Shown: positions 28,928-44,069, numbered from the stretch's first letter. The stretch: DNA of 64,000 bases from Octopus vulgaris (GCA_951406725.2 OX597828.1:17980001-18044000); one strand, 5' to 3'. The notes: generated from the sequence alone by a model not told the origin. A program made the numbers and translations.

Positions 28928-29658
28928 ATCTATATGTAATTATGTCGGAGGAATAGTATGAGTTACACAGAAATAAGCTCTGAATAACAATCTGATTGGA
29001 AACAGATTCTTCACAAACGTTTTGATATAAAACATTTGCTTAATAAAGTATAAAACCGTACAATGCATAAAAACTACTCCATGTTTATAATTCTAGACCT
29101 GTTCATAAAAGACTCAATGAAGAAACTTCAAAAATGCTTTCGATAATGTATAATGCAGTAAACAGCAAGTTTTTGCAATGTTTGACATGCACGTTAAATA
29201 TATATTCGCATTGCAAATATGTATAACTTTGTATTTTAAAATTGTAATATAGTTTATACGATCTTATTTATACTAACCACATGAAATATATTCCGAGAAT
29301 TTATATTGAATAAAATTTGTATACTATAAGGTACGTATTTCGATGCAAAAGTTCTACACACGCACATATACACACACTGACACGCACACACAAACACATA
29401 TGAAATGTCGTAGTGTTATCTATCTTATATGCGGTGTGGACTGCATACGGCTTTGATTATTGATAAAATATAGTACTTTTCGTACATGAACTTTAATCAG
29501 AACCTAATCTGGCAATATATGGTGTTTTGTAACACTTCCACATGAAATATGAGGAATATATGTTGTGTCGATATATTTATGAAAGGCCAGTTTCAGCTTG
29601 TTTCCTTTGAACTGCCATTTTGATGACATGTGTATAATACTATCACTCTCTCTCTCTG

Positions 29659-29703
<45 letters not shown>

Positions 29704-30212
29704 TCATACCCATTTGAGCGTCTGTGTATGGATATATGTAGATAAATGCAACTCTCTCTATATATATATGTAGATATATATATATATATATATGTACATA
29801 CATACATACATATATATATACATATATACACACCTACACACATATATATGTACGTATGTATATACACTTAGGGATTTGTATTTACAATACTTATAAATTG
29901 AATATATGTGTGTGCATTTATATATATGTGTGTATGTGTGTGTGTGTGTAATACACACTCGGAGATTTGCACACAATGAAACAGACGGCCAAACAGACTG
30001 TCAGACATATATAACATACTTATTTTTCATATATTCATATCAACATCGGTTACATATTTTGTTTACTTTTTAATGCGTATCTGAGAGAGAGAAATGGAGT
30101 ATTAATATTTCACGGCATAAAGTTATATAGTAATATAAATTTCTTTAAATCGAATATTATGTGTACGAATATTATTGCAGTTGTTACAGTATGTAGATAC
30201 GCCCACAAGGTA

Positions 30213-30380
30213 TACGGAGGTCCTGTTGCTGGATGCCTGTATCCCTGGAGATTACATCAGGGTAGGAGAGTGTGCGCCCTCTGGTATTGCGAGTAGGACC
30301 TCCGTAATGCTATGATGGACCGTGAAGTCTGCCGAAAAATAGTAAATTCCATTGTCTCGACCACGGTCGAACAATGAATG
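30213..30380 (+). mobile_element. 5'-truncated, 5'-inverted RTE-type LINE 3' end
   Basis: + strand 30297-30377 reads DLRNAMMDREVCRKIVNSIVSTTVEQ*, an RTE-like AM.DR..W/C.R terminus. The - strand of 30213-30294 reads RGRTLSYPDVISRDTGIQQQDL, which joins it in frame. TSD is acaaggtRtac. Confidence 0.75.
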
Positions 30381-30734
30381 ACAAGGTGTACCCTCTTTCT
30401 TCACTGTTATTTCAGATAATTTTCTTGTCGTTCCTATGTTATTGTTGATATGGCGGTCAGCCTATAACCCGCGGGTTCTATGCAATGTCCTTTTTGAATT
30501 AACAATAGAGTGATAGTTGTTTGTTTTTTTTGTTCTAGATGTAATTGTAGCATATTTTGGTATGATCAGATATCAAAAAATAGGCAGGAGTTGAGTAAAA
30601 TTTGTTTGCTGAGTCAGATATGACGAGTTTACTGCGCTTATACTTCCATATTTTCTCACGTTCTGATACTGAGTTGTGTTACAAACTGAAGACAGTCACC
30701 GTCCTTGGTGAATACCTCCATCATTCATCATATG

Positions 30735-30812
<78 letters not shown>

Positions 30813-30843
30813 TGTGTGTGCGTGTGTGTGTCTGTAAGTGTAC

Positions 30844-30878
30844 AGATAGATAGATACAGAGACAGACAGACAGAGACG

Positions 30879-30916
<38 letters not shown>

Positions 30917-30928
30917 TATAGATAGATG

Positions 30929-31022
<94 letters not shown>

Positions 31023-31079
31023 CAGACAGGTAGATAGATAGATAGATAAACAAGATAGATAGATAGGTAGATAGATAGC

Positions 31080-31147
<68 letters not shown>

Positions 31148-31230
31148 CAGATAGATAGATAGATAGAAAGATAAAAAAAGATAGATAGGTAGATAGATAG
31201 ATAGACAGACAGATAGATAGACAGAGAGAT
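30844..31230. repeat. (TAGA)n tetranucleotide array; similar arrays at about 39065-39550 and 60965-61610
   Basis: Directly visible. Confidence 0.95.
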
Positions 31231-31380
31231 GGGGAGATGGATATATTGATAATATATATATTTATGTATGAGACTTTTCTTGAGAACACACTCTACGTGG
31301 AAATGGCGATTTGATGACGATGCTTAGCATATTAGGTGTCGACTTTAGTGGTCGTTCCTCTTAACTTTGTAAATTTATGC

Positions 31381-31424
<44 letters not shown>

Positions 31425-31829
31425 CGTATGAATTGATACGGCTCTATATGCAAATATACATAGCTACATGAGGATGTACGTGTATATGTATGACATAATG
31501 CGTTTTTTAGATTCTTAGATTCTGTCAGCATGTGTGTGCAAATGTGTGTATGTATGAGTATCTGTATTGTATGTCTGTGCGTATGTTAGTGTTTACAAAT
31601 AGTACGTTGAAACTGAAACGTGTCCACCGGAAGCTTACCCTTCCGACCATCAGGATCTCAAGAGTGGTTTCTGAAGTGTCAATGGTCAGACATTTACTAC
31701 AGTCTACCAGCTCTTGTATTCCTCGCTTTATGTTCCTCCAGTTTATAAACATACATACTCGGCTCTTTATATATAAGTGAGTGTAGATATAACTGTGTGT
31801 GCAATAAGTAATATATACATATATATATA

Positions 31830-31913
<84 letters not shown>

Positions 31914-31955
31914 CACACATATATATACATATGTATATATATGTATGATGTATGC

Positions 31956-31987
<32 letters not shown>

Positions 31988-32012
31988 ATTTATATATGCA
32001 TATATATCTATG

Positions 32013-32061
<49 letters not shown>

Positions 32062-32084
32062 TTATATATGCATATATATCTATG

Positions 32085-32125
<41 letters not shown>

Positions 32126-32444
32126 TTATATATACAAATGCATGCACTTATGTATCTATCTAGGTATCTTATGAATTTTACTCATACCAGTCTGATGCAG
32201 CATCGCATTAATACAGGTTGTGATCATGCTGTAGCACAGTATCGAAGTGCTAAATCGAACAAATAAAAACCCCTTTCGTGTTTTTTTTAAAATTCTTATA
32301 CCATCACACAGTTTTGGTTGAGGTGATAACTTACGAGGCGCAAACGGCTGTCATTCGGTGACGGAGGACAAATATATGAACAAATATATAAACATGAGTT
32401 TTTTATATATCAATATTATTATTATACTTTTCTAGTTATGTATA

Positions 32445-32574
32445 TCCTCTGACGAGGCCTTTGGTTGTTTAAACATACAAATATAATCTTTAACGCCTGG
32501 GATATATTACAATGGCATCTATAGGCAATTTAAGTTGAATTGACTCTTGACCAAGGCTGAAACAGCTGTAAGGA
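32445..32574 (+). ncRNA. Type I hammerhead motif with a large stem II insertion
   Basis: UCCU-CUGACGA-GGCCUUUGGU-(~84 nt)-ACCAAGGCU-GAAA-CAGCUG-UA-AGGA. Confidence 0.7.
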
Positions 32575-32778
32575 GCAGTTTATTTGTATTATTTTTATTT
32601 TTAACATTATTTTACATATTGATGTATATTGTTTTGTTCGATTTTGATGTTCCCATTTGTATAATTAATAAATAATGTGAAATTGTAATATCCGTAAGTT
32701 GATGATCGAAATGAATTCGTTTCTCCATTTTCTTATTTGTATATATACATACACACACAAACACACACACACACACAT

Positions 32779-32847
<69 letters not shown>

Positions 32848-33161
32848 TATATATACTTATATATATGTATATACATATATATGCATGTAAGTATGTATAT
32901 AAATATATATACAATAAATAAAAAACGAAGAACACAAATAAAAACACGCGATGAAGTGGTACGTGTAAAGTATTAGCAGATGCTCAGGGAGAGAAAGTAA
33001 TGTGGTTTTACATTTTGAGCAAAGCTCTCCTTCACGGTCAGGTGGCAGAGGAAAATCCTATAAAAAAAGAGGACGCCGAAAAAAACCGCTAAGATTTACG
33101 TGGGTTACATTTTGAAATATGTATATATATGCATATATAATATCCTTATATATGTATGTGT

Positions 33162-33221
<60 letters not shown>

Positions 33222-33224
<3 letters not shown>

Positions 33225-33423
33225 GGAGTAAACACATAAATGTGAAACAAGGTGGAAAAAAAGAGTACTCAAATACCAGTGGTAGAGTAATATGCTTTAT
33301 TTAAAGTAGCAGAAAATTCAACAAAATCTGTTACTCTGAGTTTCTCGTTGCTAGAAAAAACTGAACGGCAACGAGAAACACAGAGTAACAGATTTTGTTG
33401 AATTTTCTGCTGCTTTAAATAAA

Positions 33424-33429
<6 letters not shown>
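33222..33429. mobile_element. Foldback insert in (TA)n with 62-bp arms, Penelope pLTR-like, damaged hammerhead core
   Basis: Arms at 33290-33351 and 33368-33429 with a 16-nt spacer. The arms contain GAAA-CTC-A-GAG-TA-ACAG. Confidence 0.7.
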
Positions 33430-33476
<47 letters not shown>

Positions 33477-33477
<1 letters not shown>

Positions 33478-33858
33478 TAGCAGTATCGCCCGGCGTTGCT
33501 CGGGTTTGTAAGGGAAATAACTATAAAGAATTTTTAGAGAGTTATAGCTAAAAAATAGAAAAAAATGGAAAAAAATTATGGTAAATTTTTTTTGATAGTT
33601 AAAACGGTCGAGTTGCGTCCCCTAGACAGTATGTGGTTTGTGTTTCTGATTCTCGACCCCATGTCGAATTTATCGATTTTTTTCAGAACTGGGGGAACTT
33701 TTCAAAATTTTCGCTGTGTTAGTTTTGAATTATGACATTGGGCTATGTGTGTGTCAAGTTTCATTAGAATCGGTTGAAAGCCATGGTCAGGGTGAGGGTA
33801 CAACCTGACAGACACACAGACACACACACAGACAAACTGCCGTTTATATATAGAGAGA
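33477..33858 (-). mobile_element. Non-autonomous Helitron
   Basis: The minus strand starts A|TC and ends CTAG|T. The GC-rich hairpin cccgagcaacgccggg lies 8 nt before CTAG. No TSD. Confidence 0.85.
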
Positions 33859-33865
33859 TACACAC

Positions 33866-34079
33866 TCTTTTACTCTCTCTTTTACTTTTTTCAGTCATTT
33901 GACTGCGGCCATGCTAGAGCACCGCCTTTTATCGAGCAACTCGACCCCGGGACTTATTCTTTTGTAAGCCCAGTACTTATTCTATTGTTCTGTTTTGCCG
34001 AACCGCTAAGTAACGGGGACATAAACACACCAGCATCTGTTGTCAAGCAAACACAGACACACAAACACATACATACATA

Positions 34080-34124
<45 letters not shown>

Positions 34125-34285
34125 GACAGGCTTCTTTCAGTTTCCGTCTACCAAATCCACTCACAAGGTTTTGGTCGGCCCGAGGCTATAGTAGAAGACA
34201 CTTGCCCAAGGTGCCACGCAGTGGGACTGAACCCGGAACCATGAGGTCGGTAAACAAGCTACTTACCACACAGCCACTCCTGCGC
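33866..34285 (-). mobile_element. SINE family A
   Basis: Full family match. Confidence 0.9.
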
Positions 34286-34286
34286 T

Positions 34287-34332
<46 letters not shown>

Positions 34333-34558
34333 TCAAAATAAGCAACAAGGATATCCAGATGTAATACAATATGATCGTTTCAAGCAACACCATTTAATTG
34401 GACAATTCAATCATTAAATCAATATAAATGCAGAGCAATCCTCAGGTTTCATAGAGAAATAGAATTAAATTAAATTAAATTACAACAGATGGACACATTA
34501 ATATAGTTTCACTTAAAACATATATATACGTATGTATATATGTATATATATATATATT

Positions 34559-34797
34559 TGAAGGCGCGAGGCTTAGTGGTTAGGGCATTCGGCTCACGAT
34601 CTTCAGGTCGTAAGTTCAATCCCGACGACGCGTTATGTCCTTGAGCATTATATGCTCAAGGACATAGTCCTACCCGTATTTCAAAGGGCGAGTCTTGTCA
34701 CAGTCTGTGTCACGCTGAATCTCCCTGGGAGCTACGTTAAGAGTACACACGTGTGTGGAGTACTCAGCCACTTGTCCGTTAATTTCACAAGCAAGCT
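34559..34797 (+). mobile_element. SINE family D with internal snap-back hairpin
   Basis: tRNA-like head gaaggcgcgaggcttagtggttagg...gttcaatccc, with a hairpin at 34634-34666. Confidence 0.75.
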
Positions 34798-35115
34798 ATA
34801 TATATATGCATGTATTTACTAGTTTCAGTCATTTCACTGCGGCCATGCTGGAGCAGCGGGTATTTATATTATATTCATACGTGCAGCTATATATGTATAT
34901 AAATGTCTAAAATATACATGCATAATATATTAGCGCGTGTGCGTGTGTATGTGTGTGTGTGTGCGTCTGTGTGTGCTGTCCTAAGTGTGTATATATTTAT
35001 GCATGATGTAAAAGAATGAATCTGTTTATAAAAAAATATATAACCAAACTTTGGAATTAAATTTAGTATTTACAACACATGGGAGCGTATCTTTGTCCGC
35101 AAAGCACACCCTGAG

Positions 35116-35147
<32 letters not shown>

Positions 35148-35287
35148 ATACAGATTTACGCTCTCAGAAACACCCACACTTGCACATACATACATATGCA
35201 TCTACATATAAATATGTATGTGTGTATATATATATATATGTACATATATATACATACACACTTACATATATACACATATATAGATAC

Positions 35288-35318
<31 letters not shown>

Positions 35319-35343
35319 TATACATATATATATATATGTATAT

Positions 35344-35536
<193 letters not shown>

Positions 35537-36261
35537 AGAGTGTGTGTGTGTGTGTGTGTAAGTGTGTGTATCTGTGTGTAATGCTAGAATACGAATCCGG
35601 AGTTATCTTGAGTCTAAACTGAAGATAAGTTAATATTGATAAAGATGCCGTACGGTACGAATTTTTGAATAAGCAATATGTTGTGTTTACTTTCGATAAA
35701 GAACATAAATTATTCATTTCACTTACACTACTCTGTGTGTGTGTGTTTTTGCGTGTGTGCGTGTATGTGTGCGTGCATGTATAGCCATATACATAATATA
35801 TATGTATATATATGTATATACACATATATATACATAAATATAGTCTATATACACACGTATATATATATACTACATATATATGTATTTATATATATATGTG
35901 TGTGTGCATGTATATATATATATATACTACATATATATGTATTTATATATATATATATATGCGTGTGTATGTATGTATATATATAGATAGATAGATATAC
36001 AAATACACACACACACACACATATATAAAGATATATATATGTATATATTAAAATGCATGCATGTGTTTATATATAAATATTATGTATACTGAATATATAC
36101 ATATATATGTATATAAGTATGTACCAACTCTCTCACCTATATGTATATAATTATATATATACATATAAAATATATATGTGTATGTATGAACATATATATA
36201 AATATATATATGGGTATATATGTATGTATATGTGTATATTTATATACATACATTCATATAT

Positions 36262-36339
<78 letters not shown>

Positions 36340-36617
36340 TTACATGTAAACAGCATGGAATCGGACGCACGCTCCCATACAAACCTTAAGTACACCCACA
36401 CTCTCGCGTAAAAGCGCTCCTTCCTAATTTGCATGTGTCAACAAATTAATGCTATATTTACGCAATATGCAAGAGTATATATTCTATTCTGCGCTTTATT
36501 TGTACATACGTGTCTCTGTGTATGTGTGTATTTGTATGTTACGTGTGTTTTGTGTGTAAATATACATTTATATGTGCATATTTGAATAACTATATACATA
36601 TATATATATATAAATAT

Positions 36618-36660
<43 letters not shown>

Positions 36661-36811
36661 TGTATGTAAGTATATATGTAATTATGCATGTATATGTATA
36701 TATCTATCTGTGTCTGAATATGCGAATGTATATATTTGTGTGCATGAGTAAGTTTTCACATTCATACTTTGAAATATGAATGGATTCGATTTTCTGAATA
36801 TGATTTTGCAA

Positions 36812-37007
36812 AATCGTTTGCACGCCGGGCGAAATGCTTAGCAGTTTTTCGTCTCTCTTTACGTTCTGAGTTCAAATTCCGCCGAAGTCGACTTTGGATT
36901 TCATCCCTTCGGAGTTTATAAATTAAGTACCAGTTGCGTACTGGAGTCGATCTAATCGATTGGCTCGCCTCCGCAAAAATTTCGGGCCTTGTTGCCTGGA
37001 GTAGAAT
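36812..37007 (+). mobile_element. SINE family B, tail type ggccttg..gcct..agtagaa
   Basis: Family core match. Confidence 0.85.
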
Positions 37008-37189
37008 ATAATATTTTGTATGTTTCTTAAGCAAATACGATTGTAATTTTATAATATAAACGTGCTTTGGCTGAGTGTGTGTGTGTTTGCGTGTATAAGC
37101 ATGTCTATTCGTTGTTCGTTAATATCATTATGTGATATGCACCAGTATCACTATTACTGAGAAGAAACATATCTGCAGTCCTTTTGGTA

Positions 37190-37430
37190 TTTCAGTCATT
37201 GGACTGCGACCATGCTGATGTGCAGTCTTGAAGGATTTTAGTCGAAGTAATCGAACCCAGTACAATCTCGTATTTATGTTTTTGCCCGAAGGCTAAGTTA
37301 TGGGGACCTAATGAAGTCAACGTCATCTGTCAAGCGGTTGGATGATACACACAAACACACACATATACATACACACATATATTTCCCTGCGTGTCGGTAC
37401 GTGTGTGCGTACGTATCTTTGTCCGCAAAG

Positions 37431-37461
<31 letters not shown>

Positions 37462-37740
37462 ATTTACCCTCTCACAAAAACCCACTCTGTGCAAATATGT
37501 GTGTGTATTTAGGACGGTCTTCCACGCAGTTTCCGTCTACTAAGTTTTAGGTACAAGACATGGGTCGGCCTGGAGCTATAGTAGAAAAACACTTGCTCAA
37601 TGAGCCATGGAGTGGGGTTAAACATCGAAAAGCCACGTGAGGTCAAATCGCAACGTGAGGTCAAATCGCAACGCGAGGCCAAATCGCAACGCGAGGTCAA
37701 ATCGCAACGCGAGCTTCGTATCCACACAGCCCCGGCTGCA
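37190..37740 (-). mobile_element. SINE family A, degenerate, containing an 18-bp tandem repeat (37635-37713)
   Basis: Family motifs are in order. acgtgaggtcaaatcgca is repeated about 4.4 times. Confidence 0.7.
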
Positions 37741-38510
37741 TCTACGCGAAGAGAATAACCACCACCACCACCACCTCAACACCCACTCGAAACAGAGAAC
37801 AGAAATACGGTCAGATAGATACGCTGACAAAAAGTCAACTTCCTCAACCAGATGACAATTCAGTAAAACGCAGATAGACAAAGAGTTATATCGAGAGACA
37901 GATAGACGGTAATGACAAACAGATTGTCATATAAACGTAACATAGAAATGATAGACACAGAGATACACACAAACTGACTCCATCAAAAGCAGAGAAAAAC
38001 ATCATTAAACATTGTATATTTGTGGTTGTCGTAGTTGTTGTTGATATTGATGTTGTTGTCTTCGTGTGTTTTAATTCTTTTCTAATTCGCATTCCTTGCT
38101 AGTTCTGGCTTTTATTCTTTCTTCATTTTTTTTTTTTTACTTTTTGCTGTCGTTTGTTATTTATTCTTCTTTTATTTTATTTTTCTTCATTTTATGTTTG
38201 TTTGTTTGTTTTGCTCGTATTACTATGATAGAATAAAATAATAGAACTGCATTCCCATTAGCATCAATTAAACTTTTATCTAGCAAATAACAATTTGACA
38301 TACACACGTATGCACACGCACGCACACACACACAAATGCCAACACCCATGCATATGCGATCATCTATATACACACTTACGCATATAACTATAAATGCACT
38401 CACCCGTACACTCACACATACACACACATACACGTACAAAATGATACATAGCTAGATGGACTGGTAGATATGTGTTGGTGAGCGTGTGTGTGTGTGTGTT
38501 TCTGCATATA

Positions 38511-38599
<89 letters not shown>

Positions 38600-39101
38600 G
38601 TGTGTGTGTGTGTGTGTATGTACATATATAAATATATATATATATTTATAGATGTATATATATAGATATGTATGTATATATTTATATATATATATATATG
38701 TATATATATATTCATTTATATACATATATGCGTGCACATATCTATTTACTTACACGTACATACATATACATACATTTGTGTATATGTGTATATATATATG
38801 TGTATGTATGTATGCATGTATGTATATATATATATATATACATGTATGTATGCATACATATATGTGTGAGCATATGTATGTATATATACGTATAAAAAAT
38901 ATATATGTCTCTCTATATATATATGTATAAGTATATATATGTATATATATATGTATATGTATATATATGTACATATATGTATATATATATATGCATATAT
39001 ATATGCACATATATATATATATACATACACACACACATATGTGAGGAGATACAAAAGGAAGATGGAGATAGATTGACAGATAGACAGACAGATTGACAGA
39101 C

Positions 39102-39213
<112 letters not shown>

Positions 39214-39228
39214 TGATAGATAGTTAGG

Positions 39229-39298
<70 letters not shown>

Positions 39299-39343
39299 CA
39301 TAGATAGATAGATAGATAGATAGATATATAGATAGATAGATAC

Positions 39344-39476
<133 letters not shown>

Positions 39477-40009
39477 AGATAGATAGATAGATAGATAGAT
39501 GGTGAAAGAGAGAGAGAGAGAGACAGTCAGACAGACAGAGAGACAGACAGTAATATAGACTGATTATGCGTGTGTCCGAAATGGAGAAGAAATAATCGCA
39601 TAATTTACTCTTCAATCGAGAATTCAATTGAAAATGCTAAAATGATATATTAGTACCTCACCTTTGCAACTTCCTATCCGCAAACAGCTAAGTCCACATT
39701 TCACAGATAACATTTTCTCATCATCTCGGAACCCCTATGAAATGCGAAACAAAGAAGGGGGGTAAAACACATAAAAAAAATAGATAAATAAAATACGTAA
39801 GTAAGTAAGAAATATAAAGGGAAACGAGAAAATATCTGGTAGGCATCTTAAGTAAGGTTGTGTATCAAATGTGTAAAGTATGTATGCGCAGGGGGAGGGT
39901 GTTCTGTCTTCTGAGTATTACGTATATACGTATATATACTATAAACTATATACTATTTATATATACATATATGTATATATGCATGTGTAATTGTATGTAT
40001 GTATATATG

Positions 40010-40054
<45 letters not shown>

Positions 40055-40116
40055 TACATATATGTATATATATATATAATATATATATATATATACATAT
40101 ATATGTATATGTATAT

Positions 40117-40173
<57 letters not shown>

Positions 40174-40243
40174 CACACATATTCATATATATATATATAC
40201 ATACATAAATATATATTTATGTATATTTATATATATATATATT

Positions 40244-40274
<31 letters not shown>

Positions 40275-40944
40275 CTATATATATGATATATGCATACATA
40301 TATACGCATGCGCACGCAAAGAAGACAGACATATATAGAATTATATGTAAAGACATTGTTAGAAATATATAACTTGTACGCATGAATGTGTAAACACCTA
40401 TATGGATATACTTGTACTAATGTGTGTGGCTCTGTGTGTGTGTGTGTGTGTGTGTCTGCGTTTGTGCAAGCGTATATGTGTGTGGGGGGGGAGCATGAAT
40501 TTCCCTATGCTTGTGGGTTGAGGGAGGTACAGGAATACGATAATATGTGTTTGTATGAAATGTGTTTTGTGTATGTGTATATCCGTGTGTGCTTTTGTGT
40601 ATGTATGCCTCTGGCTGTGTGTGGGAATGAAATTCAGAATGTAAGGGTGAGAGGACATAAGATGAGAATGAGAGAGGGGGGAGAGAGGTGTGGAAAAGAG
40701 TGAGAGAGAGAAAGAGAGCAGTGTACATGGTAGTGTGTGTGAGCGTGTTCCTCTTAGATCGTCTTAAGTAACTCATGTTCCTGTTTTTAGGAGGTGTACC
40801 CTTTCATACGCGGGTGCTTTTAACCTAGTCATTTTGTGTAATGCATATACCCCTTTAATACCCACTCTAAAACATTTCTAAGAGGTAGAGGTACGGATCC
40901 TGACTAGAGAACGTCCGACGCAGTTTCGTATCCTACCTCAGTAA

Positions 40945-41246
40945 CTCTTTTACTTGTTTCAGTCAGTTGACTGCGGCCATGCTGGAGCACCACGTTTAGT
41001 CGATCAAATCGACCCCAGGACTTATTCTTTGGAAGCCTAGTACTTATTCTATCGGGACTTTTGCCGAACACGCTAAGTTACGGAGACGTAAAGACGCCAG
41101 CATCGGTTGTCAAGCGATTTGGGGGGGCGACAAACACAGATACACAAACATACACACACACACATATATGTATATATATATATTTATATATATATATATA
41201 TACTCTTTTACTCTTTTATTTGTTTCATATATATACATACATACAT

Positions 41247-41339
<93 letters not shown>

Positions 41340-41520
41340 TATATGCGTGTGTGTGTGTGTAAACGACGGTCTTCCACACTGCTTTCATCTACGAAATCCA
41401 TTTGCAAAACAGTCGTCGCTCATATGCTGAAGCAGGAAGCATTTACTAAAGCTGCCACACATTGGAAGTGAACTCTTCTCCACGCGGTAGCAAAGCAAGT
41501 TTTGCTAACCACACAGACAT
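40945..41520 (-). mobile_element. SINE family A (well-preserved 3' half, diverged head)
   Basis: Family match. Confidence 0.8.
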
Positions 41521-41640
41521 ATTTGTGAATGACACCAATTTCCATTACGAGGCAGCTATCGAGGACCTAGAATCTGACTTTCAGACGATTCAGAAAAAAA
41601 TAGAATATGCAGGAAAAATGAATATCAGCTTACACCATGC
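41519..41640 (+). pseudogene. LINE reverse-transcriptase fragment (CR1/L2-like)
   Basis: IFVNDT...EDLESDFQTI...YAGKMNI resembles the FADDT...LQ.DL..I..WA...M region. Confidence 0.45.
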
Positions 41641-43167
41641 CCGAGGACAGCAAAATACGATAACAGACCATAAGGTCATGGATGGAATTATTTTGATCAT
41701 AGACGTGCTCGGTTAAGTCAGACTTAAGTCAACAACAGCAGAACGAATTATTATGTAGGCACAGGGTCTAAAACTAGAATGAAAAAGTTGGATAATATAG
41801 ATATCACTATTTGACTGGTATGGTAATAATATAATTGCAAAAATGTTCATTGTCGTAACCATACCCTGTTCCATATGGCTTATAATGATAACAGCTGCAA
41901 TTTTAAATTCTCCCTACCAAGTCTGAATATTTCAAAATTATGACCGCGTTTCTCTCTGACCTCTGACCTCTGACCCGCAGTTCTGATTTTTTTCTCTCTC
42001 TCTTTCTCTCTCCCCGCTCCTATTTTTTTTGTCTTTTATATTTGAATACAGAAGACTCAGTTCCATAGAACTAGATGGTTTCGTACTTCTAGAACTCCAG
42101 CACAACAAACAAACTAGCAGCTTTTCCACCACTCTTCATTTTTGGCTCTTTCAAAATCCTCAAACCCAATCAAACCATAATGACCAGTTCTTCCGTCTGA
42201 GAACATCACACACTCTTGAATCATCTCCCCGCGTATTTCTTCCTAGCAGGTGTTGACGTACAACACCTTAAACGGAACATTAATGGCCTTAAGTTAAGCA
42301 CACTTGACCGTCATCAAGGGGAAATAGCTCTTCATTCAGATTTAACATGTAAAAAATACCTTATTATGAAATTTACTTTCATATCAAGGACCATGACTAT
42401 ACCTGTTATTTCAAATTCCCAATTCAATCAACCAATTTTTAACCGTTGTTTGCTGTTTCGATTCTTCCTCAAAATGCTGTTTATATAATCATCGTATATG
42501 ATTAATCGGAATAAACACCTGAAAATAACTTTCCGAATTACGAATGTGCGCATTATTTAAATATTTTGAGAATGGTTAGAGTTATATCCATAACAAATCG
42601 ACAAAGAAGCCTCAAGAAATATCAGCAAACTCACTCTAAAATCACGTGATGTCGCAATGATAATAATAATAATAATCATAAAAGACATACGGATAATGTA
42701 AATTTTGAAATATTTCACATTAGAGAATATTGTCCTTCGTACAACGGGTCTGGCCAGAATAGACCGAACAACCATGACAGGGATGGATCAAAACGGTACA
42801 TTTTAAAATAAATATCAGCAATAAAAACCAAGTCAGCAATAACACTATTGTGACGCACGCTAATCTATATCCGTCTGTATAAGGGAAGACGTATGAAAGA
42901 ATATGAAAGCCAGAAATATTGTCAATGAACCGTAAGAGGAATAGATCTGTTCATTGTACTAGTATATTTGTATATTATAATGACAGCGAGGGGGAGAGAG
43001 TGAGACAGCATCCGTATGTAGATGTATAGGAGGGGGAAAAAAGTCATTCCTGTACTCATGTTATTCATAATCAAAGTGTGGTTGGTGTCAGACGTGGTGC
43101 AATAGTGAAGTAAAATGGTGTATTTCAATACGTGCATAAAATATTCATATGTGTATATATATATGTG

Positions 43168-43242
<75 letters not shown>

Positions 43243-43732
43243 ATACATACATATGACTGTAGCTCTCGAAGAACTGATATAGTTGAGGAGCTATATGTAT
43301 ATATATATATATATATATAACCTTATATGTACAAGCGTGTTCATATTCATAAATACAGATACACACACACATATATATATATATGCGCTCGTGTGTGAGT
43401 GTGTATGTGTGTGTGTTTGTGTACGAGTGTGTGTATGCATAAGTATGTGGCCATAGATTTAAATATATTCATAAAATAAAATATAAATGTATATAGCAAC
43501 ATTGATGCATGCATATATTCACGTATTCCATAAATTACTTTCGACTAATTTTCCGCCATTTTCTTGTTTTATTTTTATTTTCATCTTGTATTATGTATGT
43601 GTGTTGTTTATTTATTTACTTATTGCTAGAACGAGAAGGAGAAAAATGTGCCCAACGAATGTGAGACTATACACTACGATAGTTGCATAGAGACACCTTC
43701 AGATGCGTGTGACCCTGTGTACACATGTATAC

Positions 43733-43769
<37 letters not shown>

Positions 43770-43898
43770 CGTATGTGTATGTTTACATGGTATGCCAACA
43801 TATACAGATATGTATACACACACAAACTCACATACACACACGTACAGGCAAATATCAGTATTTATATATATATGTGTGTGTAGTTATATTTATGCACA

Positions 43899-43960
<62 letters not shown>

Positions 43961-43967
43961 TTATATG

Positions 43968-44069
<102 letters not shown>

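Noticed and set aside
31620-31670. Hairpin ccggaag/cttccg with CTGATGG on the minus strand
   Set aside because: Both core segments are mutated, so a ribozyme cannot be supported.
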